Assembly: GCA_965214615.1 (NCBI GenBank)
Contig: OZ243952.1
Location: 2,125,734 to 2,189,733, forward strand
Reading direction: 5' to 3'
DNA from: Arenicellales bacterium
Lineage (GTDB): Bacteria; Pseudomonadota; Gammaproteobacteria; Arenicellales; JAJDZL01
Length of the DNA stretch: 64,000 nucleotides
Part shown: one piece after another, positions 41,676 through 52,081 of the stretch
Numbering within the stretch: the first letter of the stretch is position 1
Layout: each line of letters starts with the position of its first letter
Made by a program: the position numbers and the translations under genes
The notes under the pieces: generated by a model
Databases searched by the model: none
Told to the model about the DNA's origin: nothing
Seen by the model: only the letters and a program-made list of their open reading frames with translations

Positions 41676-42467
41676 ATGGCTACAGCAGAACAATTGACTC
41701 CACCGTCATCGCGCTACAATCGCACCCATATCCCTTTCGAACTTGATGGAGGGCTCGCAGAACGGGCTGCAATCGGACTCATCGTGCTCGGGTCGGACCA
41801 GACGATCGAGTACGAATTTCGCAAGATGATGGATATCGAAGGCGTTGCGCTCTACCAAAGCCGAATCGAAAATTCCACCACGATTACTCCCGAGACCCTG
41901 CGTCAAATGGAGGAGCGCATTCCAAAGTGCGCCGATGTCATTCTCGAAGGCATCCAATTGGATGTGGTGGCGTACGGCTGCACATCGGCATCCATGGTGA
42001 TCGGAGAGCGGCGTGTCTTCGAGCAAATCAACAGCGTTCGTCCGCTGGCAAAATGTACCACACCGATCACAGCCGCATTTGCTGCATTTGATGCATTCGG
42101 CGCACACAATCTGGCAGTGCTGACGCCGTACAGGCAAGACGTGAATGATGCTGCAGCAAGCTATATGGAAGGCAGAGGCTACCGAGTCAGCGCGTTCGGG
42201 TCATTCAACGAGGAAGACGACAGCAGGGCCGCGCGCATTTCAACCGAATCCATCAAGGAAGCGGCGATCGAACTCGGCAGCCGCGACGATGTGGACGCGG
42301 TGTTTGTCTCGTGCACCAACCTGAGAGTCGCATCGATCGTAGAGGAAATCGAAGCCCGCACGGGCAAGCCGGCTACATCCAGCAATCATGCAATGGCATG
42401 GCACTGCCTGCGTCTTGCCGGGATTGCGGACAAGGCGCCGGAACACGGACGACTGTTCGAACTCTAG
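41676..42467 (+). CDS. Asp/Glu-racemase-superfamily protein (maleate isomerase / EutA / arylmalonate decarboxylase group) with both catalytic Cys
   Basis: IGLIVLGSDQTIEYEF N-terminal block and two Cys motifs, AYGCTSASM and FVSCTNLRV. The start is taken at ATG 41676. Confidence 0.7.
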   Translation: MATAEQLTPPSSRYNRTHIPFELDGGLAERAAIGLIVLGSDQTIEYEFRKMMDIEGVALYQSRIENSTTITPETLRQMEERIPKCADVILEGIQLDVVAYGCTSASMVIGERRVFEQINSVRPLAKCTTPITAAFAAFDAFGAHNLAVLTPYRQDVNDAAASYMEGRGYRVSAFGSFNEEDDSRAARISTESIKEAAIELGSRDDVDAVFVSCTNLRVASIVEEIEARTGKPATSSNHAMAWHCLRLAGIADKAPEHGRLFEL

Positions 42468-42539
42468 CGCTTCAAAGCCTGAAAAGGCGGCAAATCCGGA
42501 TGCCCCGCGATTTTGCTCCGACCTGGTAGCGCATGCATC

Positions 42540-43376
42540 CTATTCATCGTGGGCCACGGTGCTGAATACGTCTCTTGCGAGACCGACGATGTGCGGGTCC
42601 GGAGAAACTGCAACTTCCGGATTCTTGTCCGGGTAGTCCATGTTGCTCAGAAAGTGGCGCATGCAATTCAGTCTCGCTGCGCGCTTGTTGTCCGAACGCA
42701 CAACAGTCCACGGCGCATCACGGGTATCGGTGTAAAAGAACATCGTCTCCTTGGCTTCCGTATACTCTGCCCACAGATTAAGCGATTCCTTGTCTATCGG
42801 ACTCAGCTTCCAGCGCTTCAGCGGACTTTCCGCCCGGGACGTGAACCGCATCCTTTGCTCCTCCCTGCTCACTGAGAACCAGTATTTGAGCAGTATGATT
42901 CCGCTGTCAACAAGCATGCGCTCCAGTGCCGGCGTCTGACGCATGAATTCCAGATATTCAAGCCGGCTGCAAAAGCCCATGACCTTTTCGACGCCGGCGC
43001 GGTTGTACCAGGAACGATCGAATAGCACCATCTCTCCGCGGGTCGGCAATTGCTCGATATAGCGCTGAAAAAACCATTGACCTCGCTCGCGCTCGCCTGG
43101 CTTAGGCAGCGCTACGACTCGTGCAACACGAGGATTGAGATGCTCCATGAACCGCTTGATCGTGCCGCCCTTTCCCGCCGCATCGCGACCTTCAAACAGC
43201 AACACAACCTTGAGCCCTTCATCCTTGATCCAATTCTGAGTCTTTACCAGTTCGACCTGCAATTCCGCCTTGCACGCTTCGTACTCCTTGCGCGATATCC
43301 TGGGAGGTCTTCCCAGATCGGTATCCAAAGCATCCAATTGCCCGGTATCCGCAGTTGCATTAGCCGCGTCCGCCAT
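42540..43376 (-). CDS. ppk2: polyphosphate kinase 2 (single-domain)
   Basis: Walker A motif FEGRDAAGKGGTIKR, plus FDRSWYNRAGVE and lid blocks. 278 aa. Confidence 0.9.
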   Translation of the reverse strand: MADAANATADTGQLDALDTDLGRPPRISRKEYEACKAELQVELVKTQNWIKDEGLKVVLLFEGRDAAGKGGTIKRFMEHLNPRVARVVALPKPGERERGQWFFQRYIEQLPTRGEMVLFDRSWYNRAGVEKVMGFCSRLEYLEFMRQTPALERMLVDSGIILLKYWFSVSREEQRMRFTSRAESPLKRWKLSPIDKESLNLWAEYTEAKETMFFYTDTRDAPWTVVRSDNKRAARLNCMRHFLSNMDYPDKNPEVAVSPDPHIVGLARDVFSTVAHDE

Positions 43377-43634
43377 TACTTCACCTCTTCAAAACATGCT
43401 TCAGCTACAAATTTTGTCAATTGTAATTCGATTGCCGCCCAGTTCGCAAAACAGATTGCTGCAAATTTCATATTTTGCGTATTATTATCGCCTTAAGTCT
43501 GAACCGCTTCGAGGTGCCTGCCTGCAAATAATGCCACGCTGTCGCGATTCAGGCGGTTCGCAGCAGCGAATTTGCAATCATCAATTGACTCAACCTTGCG
43601 ACAGGGCATTTCGAACTATGGAGCGACTGTGCAT

Positions 43635-44675
43635 ATGAGCCTGGATCATACGAAAATCGAACTTGACGGCGCACGCATCAACGTCGAAGCCCAGGAAGCG
43701 ACAGACTTAATCCTCAGAATCTTTTCCAGGCTTGGATGTACAGCAGAAAGCGCCAGCCAGATCGCGAATCATCTGGTCAGCACAAGCCTGTGCGGAATTG
43801 AAAGCCACGGCATAGTCCGAGTTCTGCAATATGCCGAACAAGTTGAAACCGGCTATGTCATTGCAGATGCGCAGCCGCGTCTAATTGCCGAAAAAAGCGG
43901 CCCCGGGTTTGTCGACGGCGGCGGCGGCTTCGGCATACCGGCAATGGCGCTCGCCTATTCGCACTCGATGAAACAGGCATCCGAAGCCGGAACATCAACA
44001 ATTGCGATACGAAACGTCGGGCACACCGGAAGACACGGCGCCTATGCCGACCACGCGGCTGAACAAGGCTACCTGACAATCTGCTTCGGCGGCGGCAACC
44101 GCCAGACGTGGCGGCAAGTTGCACCGCATGGCGGCTCCCGGGGCGTACTGCCTACGAACCCGTGGTGCATCGGAGTCCCCGGCGGCAGACACGGGCCTGT
44201 CGTGGTCGACTTTGCGACTTCGAAAATCGCCGGAGGATGGGTCTATGCAGCAAAGTCCGCCGGTGCAAGACTGCCTGCGCAATGCGTGATCGACCGCCAT
44301 GGCCGGCCGACGCAAGATCCTGAGGACTACTTCGACGGAGGAGCCATTCTTCCGGCCGGAGGTCATAAGGGCTACGGCCTTGGCCTAGTCGGAGAACTCG
44401 TCGCAGAAGCTGTGCTCGGACCCGCGACGACAGAGTTGAACTGGCTGCTGATCACAATCGACACGGAAAAATTCCGCAGGCCGTCAGAAATCCAGCAAAT
44501 CGCCGAAGAAATTCTGTCCGAACTTCGAACCTGCCCGCCCGCAGAAGGATTCGATCAGGTCGAAATACCAGGAGAACTGGAGCGAAGACGCCTGGCCGAC
44601 AGCGGCGGAGTTATCGCTGTGCCCGAGAAAACATGGCAGCAGATTCTCAGCCTGGCCGACAGCATCCCGGCCTGA
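43635..44675 (+). CDS. Ldh_2-family oxidoreductase (malate/L-lactate dehydrogenase type 2; includes ketimine reductases such as DpkA)
   Basis: Conserved motifs NVGHTGRHGAY and GGHKGYGLGLVGELV. The start is taken at ATG 43635. Confidence 0.8.
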   Translation: MSLDHTKIELDGARINVEAQEATDLILRIFSRLGCTAESASQIANHLVSTSLCGIESHGIVRVLQYAEQVETGYVIADAQPRLIAEKSGPGFVDGGGGFGIPAMALAYSHSMKQASEAGTSTIAIRNVGHTGRHGAYADHAAEQGYLTICFGGGNRQTWRQVAPHGGSRGVLPTNPWCIGVPGGRHGPVVVDFATSKIAGGWVYAAKSAGARLPAQCVIDRHGRPTQDPEDYFDGGAILPAGGHKGYGLGLVGELVAEAVLGPATTELNWLLITIDTEKFRRPSEIQQIAEEILSELRTCPPAEGFDQVEIPGELERRRLADSGGVIAVPEKTWQQILSLADSIPA

Positions 44676-44689
44676 ATCGGCTCTGTACC

Positions 44690-45475
44690 CTACCGTCCCT
44701 TCCAGTTCGCGTCCCGCTTTTCGGCAAACGACTGCGGCCCTTCCAATGCATCCTGAGACTCAAGCATCCGCTGATAGCCTTCAAACTTCCCGCTTTTCAT
44801 CATCCGATAGCACTCCTCAACACTGACATCCTGCGTCTTGCGCAGGATCTCCTTGATCGCCGTGACCACCAACGGAGCGCCCTCGGCGATGACGGTCGCC
44901 AGTTCGCGCGCCGAATCCATCAGTTCGCTCCCGGACACGACACGATTGACCAACCCCCAGCGATACGCCTCTTTAGCCGGCATTCTGCGCCCTGTCAACA
45001 GCATTTCCAGAGCGATTGCCCTGGGAATCCAGCGAGGAAGCCTGAAGGTAGCGGCATCCGCCACAACACCGACCGAAATCTCAGGAAGAAACAATTCGGC
45101 ATGGTCTGCGCAAACGATCATGTCACACGACAAAGCCAATTCGAAACCGCCTCCCACAGCCATCCCGTTAACCGCTGCAATCACCGGCTTATAAAGATCA
45201 TGGAGCTCGGTCAGACCGGCAAATCCGCCCGGACCGTAGTCGTCGTCGAAACCAGCGTCTCCCGAAGCAACTTCCTTAAGATCCCAGCCTGCAGAAAAGA
45301 ACCGGTCTCCGCCACCGGTCACGATCGCAACACGAAGATCGGGATTGTCCCTGAACTCGCAAAACACTTCGCCCAAAGCACGGCTTGTGGCTGCGTTGAT
45401 CGCATTCGCCTTTGGACGATCAAGCGTCACTTCCAGCAAAGAACCTTCTTGCTTTACTTTAACATATTCACTCAT
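44690..45475 (-). CDS. enoyl-CoA hydratase / carnitinyl-CoA dehydratase-like (crotonase family)
   Basis: [24 protein letters not shown] oxyanion-hole block. 261 aa. Confidence 0.87.
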   Translation of the reverse strand: MSEYVKVKQEGSLLEVTLDRPKANAINAATSRALGEVFCEFRDNPDLRVAIVTGGGDRFFSAGWDLKEVASGDAGFDDDYGPGGFAGLTELHDLYKPVIAAVNGMAVGGGFELALSCDMIVCADHAELFLPEISVGVVADAATFRLPRWIPRAIALEMLLTGRRMPAKEAYRWGLVNRVVSGSELMDSARELATVIAEGAPLVVTAIKEILRKTQDVSVEECYRMMKSGKFEGYQRMLESQDALEGPQSFAEKRDANWKGR

Positions 45476-47546
45476 AGTTTTGTTTTTCCTTAATTATTCT
45501 AAATAATGCGTCAACTGCCATCACGCCGTTTCCAAATTCATACACATGAAGCGGGTTGACTTCCAGTTCAATCAGCGTCTCCTTGCGATCCATTGCAAAA
45601 TCGGCGATTGCAACAAGCGTGCGCCGAAGCGATTGTACGTCTCCTGACTTGCCTCGATAATGATTCAGCAATTTACCCACTTTCAATCGTGCCAGCGCCT
45701 GGTCGATCGCCAATTCATCGATGGGAAATAAAAGCACCTCGAAGTCTGCGAACAATTCGGCTAGCGTGCCTCCTGCGCCAATCACCATCAAAAGACCGAA
45801 TCGCTCATCGCAGCGAACCGAAACCAGCATGTCCAGATACGGGGCAGGCGCCATTTTCTCAACTAGGATTTCGCCGCTTATGGCCAAAATCGCCGCTGCT
45901 GCATCGTGCACATCCTGCTCGGTCTTCAGATTCAGCCGAACCGCTCCGAGTTCCGTCTTGTGAACGATTTCAGACGATGACGCCTTTACCGCAACAGGGA
46001 ACCCCAGTCGAACTGCGGCATCGACCGCGTCGTGAATCGAATGGACTGCGACACCTTCAGGCACCGCGATCCCGTATCGACTCAGCTCCCGCTTGGCTGC
46101 GTACTCGGTCAAGGACTCTTCGTCCCCGACCGTCCGGGCGAGCTTTGCAATCGGAACAATCCCGTGCAGTTCGGCGCGGCGCCGGGCAAATAGCTCGGCG
46201 TTTAAAATCGCCTTGAAGCATTCATCCAGACCCAGCATGGGCGCAATGCCGTTTTGCGCCAGCCAATCTTGCACCCGCTGCGGCAAATTCTCGTGCAGCG
46301 AAGCCATGACGACGACATTGGCCTGGGTCTCGCATTGCGCCGTGATGACGGCTTTAATTGCATCATCCCACTCTGTGCAATCGCACAAGCCTTCGCTAGG
46401 ATAGTCAATCGCCATGACAGTTACTGCCTGATGCCCTTCGAACACCGCTTGAAAGCATTCGGCTTGCTTGTCCGGCATGCCCCAGATGTAGGTATGGTAG
46501 TCCAAGGGGTTTGAGACGACCACGCGGTCGCCCAGAAGATGTTTCAGTTTTTGCGCCTGATCGTCGGTGAATTCGCTAAATTCCAGGCCCGAACTTTCAG
46601 CATGATCGGCCATCATCGCCGCTTCTCCGCCGGAGCAACTGACGGTTGCGATGGTCTTGCTCTTGATCGGCCCGTTGACCGAAAGAAACTTCAGTGTTTC
46701 TAGAAATTCCGGAATCGTGCGCACCTGGACAATGCCGTAGCGGTCGTAGAACGCACGATTGACGTGTTCCTGTCCGGTCATTGAACTGGAGTGGCTCATG
46801 GTCACCATTGATCCTACTTTGGAATATCCGGATTCCAGCACGACAATGGGCTTGCCCATATCGAGCGCGGCGATTGCCGCTTGCGACAATGCGAACGCGT
46901 CGGGAATGCCTTCAAGATACAGGCCTATCGCGGTCACCCGATCATCGTCTAGCATGCAGCGAATAAAATCGTGGGTCTTGATTCCGGCCATGTTGCCTGC
47001 TGAAATCACATAGGCAAGCGGCGTCGCGCGGCGCTGCATCGTCAGATTGATTGAGATGTTGCCGCTTTGGGAAATGACCGCCGCCCCGCGGTCGCAGCGT
47101 CGGCCGCCATGCTCGTCAGGCCAAAGCGCAACCCCGTCAAGATAGTTGAGCATGCCGTAGCAATTGGGACCGATTAGCGCCATGGAGCCGATCGCGCGCT
47201 CCAGGCGTTTTTGCAGCCTCGCTCCGTGTTCGCCGACTTCGGCAAAACCCGAAGCATAGCAAACTGCCCCGCTTGTGCCGATCAAGGCCAGATGCTCGAT
47301 GGCTGCGACAGTGGCTTCGCCGGGTATGGCGACAAATGCCGCATCCGGAACTCCGGGCAAGCTCTCCAGATCCGGGAAGCACTCGCGTCCCTCGATTTCA
47401 GTACGGGTCGGATGCACCGGCCAGATTGTTCCTGCAAAGCCGATGCGGTCGCACTGGACAATGGAACGCGCGACTTCCCTGCCGCCGACCATTGCGATGG
47501 TCTTCGGGCAAAGCAGGCGCCGAAGCGAACTGACCCGGTCAGGCAT
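45468..47546 (-). CDS. ADP-forming acyl-CoA synthetase (CoA-binding, ligase and ATP-grasp domains)
   Basis: 692 aa. N-terminal CoA-binding PKTIAMVGG, a central succinyl-CoA-synthetase-like region and a C-terminal ATP-grasp ([21 protein letters not shown]). Overlaps the downstream hydratase gene by 8 nt. Confidence 0.82.
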   Translation of the reverse strand: MPDRVSSLRRLLCPKTIAMVGGREVARSIVQCDRIGFAGTIWPVHPTRTEIEGRECFPDLESLPGVPDAAFVAIPGEATVAAIEHLALIGTSGAVCYASGFAEVGEHGARLQKRLERAIGSMALIGPNCYGMLNYLDGVALWPDEHGGRRCDRGAAVISQSGNISINLTMQRRATPLAYVISAGNMAGIKTHDFIRCMLDDDRVTAIGLYLEGIPDAFALSQAAIAALDMGKPIVVLESGYSKVGSMVTMSHSSSMTGQEHVNRAFYDRYGIVQVRTIPEFLETLKFLSVNGPIKSKTIATVSCSGGEAAMMADHAESSGLEFSEFTDDQAQKLKHLLGDRVVVSNPLDYHTYIWGMPDKQAECFQAVFEGHQAVTVMAIDYPSEGLCDCTEWDDAIKAVITAQCETQANVVVMASLHENLPQRVQDWLAQNGIAPMLGLDECFKAILNAELFARRRAELHGIVPIAKLARTVGDEESLTEYAAKRELSRYGIAVPEGVAVHSIHDAVDAAVRLGFPVAVKASSSEIVHKTELGAVRLNLKTEQDVHDAAAAILAISGEILVEKMAPAPYLDMLVSVRCDERFGLLMVIGAGGTLAELFADFEVLLFPIDELAIDQALARLKVGKLLNHYRGKSGDVQSLRRTLVAIADFAMDRKETLIELEVNPLHVYEFGNGVMAVDALFRIIKEKQNYE

Positions 47547-47619
47547 GCGTCATACCGCTGGAAGGACTGATGCGGATTGCGGCGCAGCCCATCGGCCACT
47601 CACACTGCCTGGATGGCGC

Positions 47620-48585
47620 TCAAGTGCCGGACGAATCAAACGATGTCAGCCCTGCGCCGCTGCCGTGCCTGCGAAGCACCTGCAAGATTTCGATCAAGCA
47701 GTCATCGCGAAGATTTTCCAGTTCCCTAACCGACTTGCCTGTCGTCTGGCGTTTCGTTCCGTCGACCATTCGGCTGACCAGGTCATCTGTCAGCTCCGGC
47801 GCCTTTAGGTGCGTCCACGGAAGCTCAAGCGCCGGACCGAATTGCTCAAGCATATGCTTCATTCCGCCTTCCCCGCCGGCCAGATGGAAAGTCAGGCAGA
47901 TTCCCATGATCGCCCACCTCAGACCGGGGCCGTAGACAATTGCGTCATCAATGTCCTGCGTCGAAGCCACTCCGTCAGCCACCATGTGCAGCGACTCGCG
48001 CCAAATCGCCTCCTGAAGCCGGTCGGATATATAGCCGTCAATCTCCTTTTGCACCATCAGCGCATGCATGTCGATCGAACGGTAGAATGCGGCCGCCCTG
48101 TCTGCCGTTTTCTGCGAGGTCTGCCCGCCCCGGACAATTTCTACAAGAGGCAGAATGTAAACAGGGTTGAACGGGTGCCCGACCACAATGCGCTCCGGTC
48201 GACTCGCCAGGGCCTGTATTTCGCTCGGCAAGAGGCCGGACGAGCTTGAAGCAATGATCGTGTCGCTTCGCGCATATGAGTCGATCTCGGCATGCAGTTT
48301 CTGCTTCAGTTCAATAGATTCAGGCGCACTTTCCTGAATGTAGTCGCTCAATGCGCACAACTGTTCAAGGTCCGAGGTGAATATTGAAGTTCCGGACTTC
48401 GCGCGGTCAAACCCCAGCTTTTCCAGCGCTCGCCAGGCGTTGTCGACATGTCCTTGAAAGGTGCTTTCGCCACCCGCACCGGGGTCATAGGCGATTACGT
48501 TGATACCGCGTGCGAGACACCGGGAAGCCCAGCCGCAGCCGATCAGGCCGGACCCGACAATCCCGACCGACTTGATTTCGGTCAT
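47620..48585 (-). CDS. 3-hydroxyacyl-CoA-dehydrogenase-family enzyme, L-carnitine dehydrogenase-like
   Basis: VGIVGSGLIGCGWASRCLARGINVIAYDP NAD-binding start. 321 aa, the length typical of carnitine dehydrogenases. Its context with BKACE supports the call. Confidence 0.78.
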   Translation of the reverse strand: MTEIKSVGIVGSGLIGCGWASRCLARGINVIAYDPGAGGESTFQGHVDNAWRALEKLGFDRAKSGTSIFTSDLEQLCALSDYIQESAPESIELKQKLHAEIDSYARSDTIIASSSSGLLPSEIQALASRPERIVVGHPFNPVYILPLVEIVRGGQTSQKTADRAAAFYRSIDMHALMVQKEIDGYISDRLQEAIWRESLHMVADGVASTQDIDDAIVYGPGLRWAIMGICLTFHLAGGEGGMKHMLEQFGPALELPWTHLKAPELTDDLVSRMVDGTKRQTTGKSVRELENLRDDCLIEILQVLRRHGSGAGLTSFDSSGT

Positions 48586-49730
48586 TTAAGAAATTCCTTC
48601 AATTCAGCGTTAAACTCTCCGAGCTTGGGAACCGCGGGATATTCGACATCGTCGCTTCGCAGAGCGGGTATTATCGGCAACGGCAAAGAATTAAGCAAGG
48701 ACCCCTGTTCTCCGATAATTTGCTGATTGAACAACCCTCGCGCTCGATAATGCTCGTCTTCGACCGCCTCCTGCAAAGAGTTCACAACCACCGCGCATAC
48801 GTCCAATCCTTGAAACCTTTTGCGCCAGTGGGTCGCAGTGCGCCCGCGGATAATCGCAGCAATCGCACTGCGTATGGCAGACGTTTCGACTTGCTCGTCC
48901 AGGATAGCCGCATCAAGTCCAATCGCCTCGCAAAAGCCATCCCAGAACCGTTGCTCGATCGCGGCGACAGCAATATGCCTTGCATCCGCGGTTTCGTAGA
49001 TCTGATAGCGGGGCGAACCGCCTGAGAGCAACTCTCTTCCGGGCCCTGGGCCGGTGCCTGATCCCCAGCTGAGTCCAAGGGCCCAGAACATCAGGGGAAA
49101 CAGATTATCAGTCATGGAGATATCGATAAAAACGCCCTTGCCTGACGCCTCGCGCTTCGAAAGTGCGAGCAAAATATTGATCAGTGCCGGATACGATCCT
49201 GCCGCCAGGTCAGCGGCGAGCAGCGGCGGCACAGTAGGCTTGCCGTTAGGACACTCGCCAAGCGACAGCATCCCGGCATCAGCCACATAGTTCAAATCGT
49301 GTGCAGCAATCTGCGACTTCGGGCCGTACTGGCCGAATCCGGTGATCGCGCAATAGATCAAGCGCGGATTGTCCTTCGCCAGCGTAGCGTAGTCCAAGCC
49401 GAACTTGGACATCACTCCGGGCCTGAACTGTTCCATCAGCACATCCGCTTTCATCAATAAAGATTTGATATTGCTTAAATCATTCTCGTTTTTTAAATCT
49501 GCTTCCAAGCTTCGCTTTCCCGCGTTGAGCATGGAGAAAGTCATGCCTCTGTCGCCGAATGCCTCTCCATATTGGCGCATCTCGTCACCCGTCCCCGGTC
49601 GCTCGACCTTGATCACTGTGGCCCCGGCTCTCGCCAATGCCAAAGAGGCGAACGGACCGGGCGCCAAGGTGGTGAAATCCACCACCGTAAGTCCCTTCAA
49701 CGGTGCAATATCGATCGTCTTGTCGTCCAT
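48582..49730 (-). CDS. CaiB/BaiF family (class III) CoA-transferase
   Basis: LKGLTVVDFTTLAPGPFASLALARAGATVIKVERP start motif. The start is taken at ATG 49730. The 528-aa track ORF is an artefactual upstream extension across the GST gene. Confidence 0.85.
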   Translation of the reverse strand: MDDKTIDIAPLKGLTVVDFTTLAPGPFASLALARAGATVIKVERPGTGDEMRQYGEAFGDRGMTFSMLNAGKRSLEADLKNENDLSNIKSLLMKADVLMEQFRPGVMSKFGLDYATLAKDNPRLIYCAITGFGQYGPKSQIAAHDLNYVADAGMLSLGECPNGKPTVPPLLAADLAAGSYPALINILLALSKREASGKGVFIDISMTDNLFPLMFWALGLSWGSGTGPGPGRELLSGGSPRYQIYETADARHIAVAAIEQRFWDGFCEAIGLDAAILDEQVETSAIRSAIAAIIRGRTATHWRKRFQGLDVCAVVVNSLQEAVEDEHYRARGLFNQQIIGEQGSLLNSLPLPIIPALRSDDVEYPAVPKLGEFNAELKEFLK

Positions 49731-49750
49731 GACCAGTTCCTCGTTCTTGA

Positions 49751-50470
49751 TTAATTCGACAGTTGGCGCAGCGTGTCGGCATCCTGGCCGAACAGCACTT
49801 TCTTTTCTTGTTCGCTCATGCCCTTTCCGACATTCGGGTTGACAGTTTTTGCCAAGTCGTAGGCGCGAACCGTCGCTGGCCGGCTGCGTATTTGCTCGAA
49901 CCAGCGATACAGATTGGAGAATTCTTGAATTTTCTGCTTTTGGCGCTTGTGCGGCACGACCCATGGATAGCACGCCATGTCTGCGATGGAATAGTCGCCG
50001 CAAATGAATTCGGTCTCCTGCAGTTGCCTGTCCATGACCGCATAGAGTCTCGACACTTCGTTCACATAGCGATTGACGGCATACGGAATTTGTTCGTTGC
50101 TGTAGACGATGAAATGATGATTCTGACCACCCATCGGACCCAGATTGGCCATCTGCCAGAAAAGCCATTGCAGCACATTTGCCCGGCCATGTGTATCGGA
50201 TGGAATAAATTGTCCGTGCTTTTCGGCCAGATACAGGAGCATCGCGCCAGATTCGAACAAGGAGATCGAATCGCCGCCCTGCGCCGGCGCATGATCGACG
50301 AGCGCGGGAATTCGGTTGTTCGGTGATATTTGAAGGAATTCGGGTTCAAATTGCTCGCCCTTGCCGATATGCACAGGGACGATCTGATAATCGGCGCCGA
50401 CTTCCTCCAGGAACATGGTCAGCTTGTGACCGTTCGGGGTCGTCCAATAATAAAGATCATACATGGCCAT
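49751..50470 (-). CDS. yfcG: Nu-class glutathione S-transferase-like disulfide reductase (YfcG-like)
   Basis: Collinear similarity to E. coli YfcG as I recall it: TPNGHKLTMFLEE, QISPNNRIPALVDH, SLFESGAMLLYLAEK, QWLFWQM..LGPM.GQNHHF, YSIADMACYPW, IRSRPAT. Confidence 0.85.
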   Translation of the reverse strand: MAMYDLYYWTTPNGHKLTMFLEEVGADYQIVPVHIGKGEQFEPEFLQISPNNRIPALVDHAPAQGGDSISLFESGAMLLYLAEKHGQFIPSDTHGRANVLQWLFWQMANLGPMGGQNHHFIVYSNEQIPYAVNRYVNEVSRLYAVMDRQLQETEFICGDYSIADMACYPWVVPHKRQKQKIQEFSNLYRWFEQIRSRPATVRAYDLAKTVNPNVGKGMSEQEKKVLFGQDADTLRQLSN

Positions 50471-50569
50471 GGCTTTGAGCTCCTTAGATTAGAGAATTCC
50501 TCGCTGCCGCAACAGAGTCGACTTTCTCAATGAATTGACCGGTTGATGCGCCTCGGCGGCCTGTCGGGA

Positions 50570-51403
50570 TCAGGCTGCTGCGCGCAAGTTCAAAATTCGC
50601 CTTGCTTGCGCGGGGGTCGCTGGCTGGCGATCATACCTGTCGGCCGCATCGACGACCCTGCCCACCAGCTCTGCGTTGCTCGCCGCCAGCCGGGTCCTGT
50701 CGAATTTCAAATTGTCCTCGAGCCCTGTGCGGCAGTGTCCGCCGAGTTCGAGGCACCACTGGTTGACTTCGTACTGATGACGTCCGATGCCTGCTGCGGT
50801 CCAAGTTGAGCCCGGGAGCAGCTCCCGGGATTCGGCAATCATGAATTCAAGCAGGCGCCGCCTTGCCGGAAGCGCATTGGGAATTCCAAGAACAAACTGG
50901 ACATGCACCGGGGGCGTCAGCAACTGACGCTTCACAAGCGCCGCGGCGTTGTACAGCATTGCCATATCGAAAATTTCGATTTCCGGCTTGATCTCGTAGT
51001 CGAGCATGGCCTGTGCAAGCTGTTCGACAAATTGCGGATGGTTTTCATATATCGAAGTCGGAAAGTTGACTGAACCGGTCGCAAGCGACGCCATATCCGG
51101 CTTAAGGTAAAGCATCGCACCTCTTTCGCCCGCTTCGCGTCCGCGACCTCCGGTGGAAAATTGCACAATCATGCCTGGACAGTGCTTATGAACCCCTTGC
51201 TGGATTTGATCGAATTTTTCCGGATCGGAGCCGGACGACTGATCGGAGTTTCGAACATGAATATGTACAAGCGATGCTCCTGCCTCGTATGCTTCGTGCG
51301 TCGATTCGATTTGCTCGGACGGGGTAATCGGCACGGCAGGATTATCTTCCTTCCTAGGCACCGCTCCGGTAATCGCCACAGTAATAATGCACGGTTCGCT
51401 CAT
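50570..51403 (-). CDS. beta-keto acid cleavage enzyme (BKACE, DUF849 family)
   Basis: IITVAITGAVP N-terminal strand and SLVHIHVRN metal-site block. 277 aa with TIM-barrel length. Confidence 0.85.
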   Translation of the reverse strand: MSEPCIITVAITGAVPRKEDNPAVPITPSEQIESTHEAYEAGASLVHIHVRNSDQSSGSDPEKFDQIQQGVHKHCPGMIVQFSTGGRGREAGERGAMLYLKPDMASLATGSVNFPTSIYENHPQFVEQLAQAMLDYEIKPEIEIFDMAMLYNAAALVKRQLLTPPVHVQFVLGIPNALPARRRLLEFMIAESRELLPGSTWTAAGIGRHQYEVNQWCLELGGHCRTGLEDNLKFDRTRLAASNAELVGRVVDAADRYDRQPATPAQARRILNLRAAA

Positions 51404-52081
51404 AGTTGTTCTCAGTTCGATTAATCAGCAATTCACATTTTGAGTTCTACGCGAATCATTCTCATGCGTGCGCTATGTACTCATTGACGGCCGCATGCCA
51501 CCGTCCTCACAGGCAGGCGCGGCTATCCGCATGCAGCGACCGTATTCGCCACATGCGCTCCAGCCAAGTCGCAAGTACTGACTGCGGCAGACTGTTTGCA
51601 AAATACGCAATTCGCCGACGCTGCTGCGCAGGAACGCACATGCCCTGGGAAACTGTATGCGGCGCTGCAACTGATTTCACGGTAGGCGGCTCTGCGAACG
51701 CATACTATATCAAAAAGGTTATGGCTAAACAAATATCATAATAATATATAGTTATGAGCTTTTTATTAACGTTAATTGATTAATCGGGAGATGGTTTGAA
51801 AACAACCTCAGAACTGCCGGTGCACCATTTGCAAACCGCCGTCGCGCCTTGAAAAATGTCGCGGAATTCCATTGACTCATCTTCTGGCATTGCCTAAATA
51901 TCGGCACAGACTTGAAATTCGCAGTGACGTGCTGCCGTGATTCACCGACAGCATGGTCGGCTCACTAAATTTTCCACGAAATCGCGGACGAACCTGTAAA
52001 ATCCCGATACTGCCGCGGCGTCTCTTTGGACGCTGTGCTCACCCGTTGCATTCTTGCGAACTCATCAATTCAATTGTCGCC

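Noticed and set aside
48582-50168. 528-aa ORF suggesting a very long CoA-transferase.
   Set aside because: The first 146 residues overlap the YfcG-like GST gene in another frame and look non-protein-like. The family-typical N-terminus (MDDKTIDIAPLKGLTVVDF) starts at ATG 49730.
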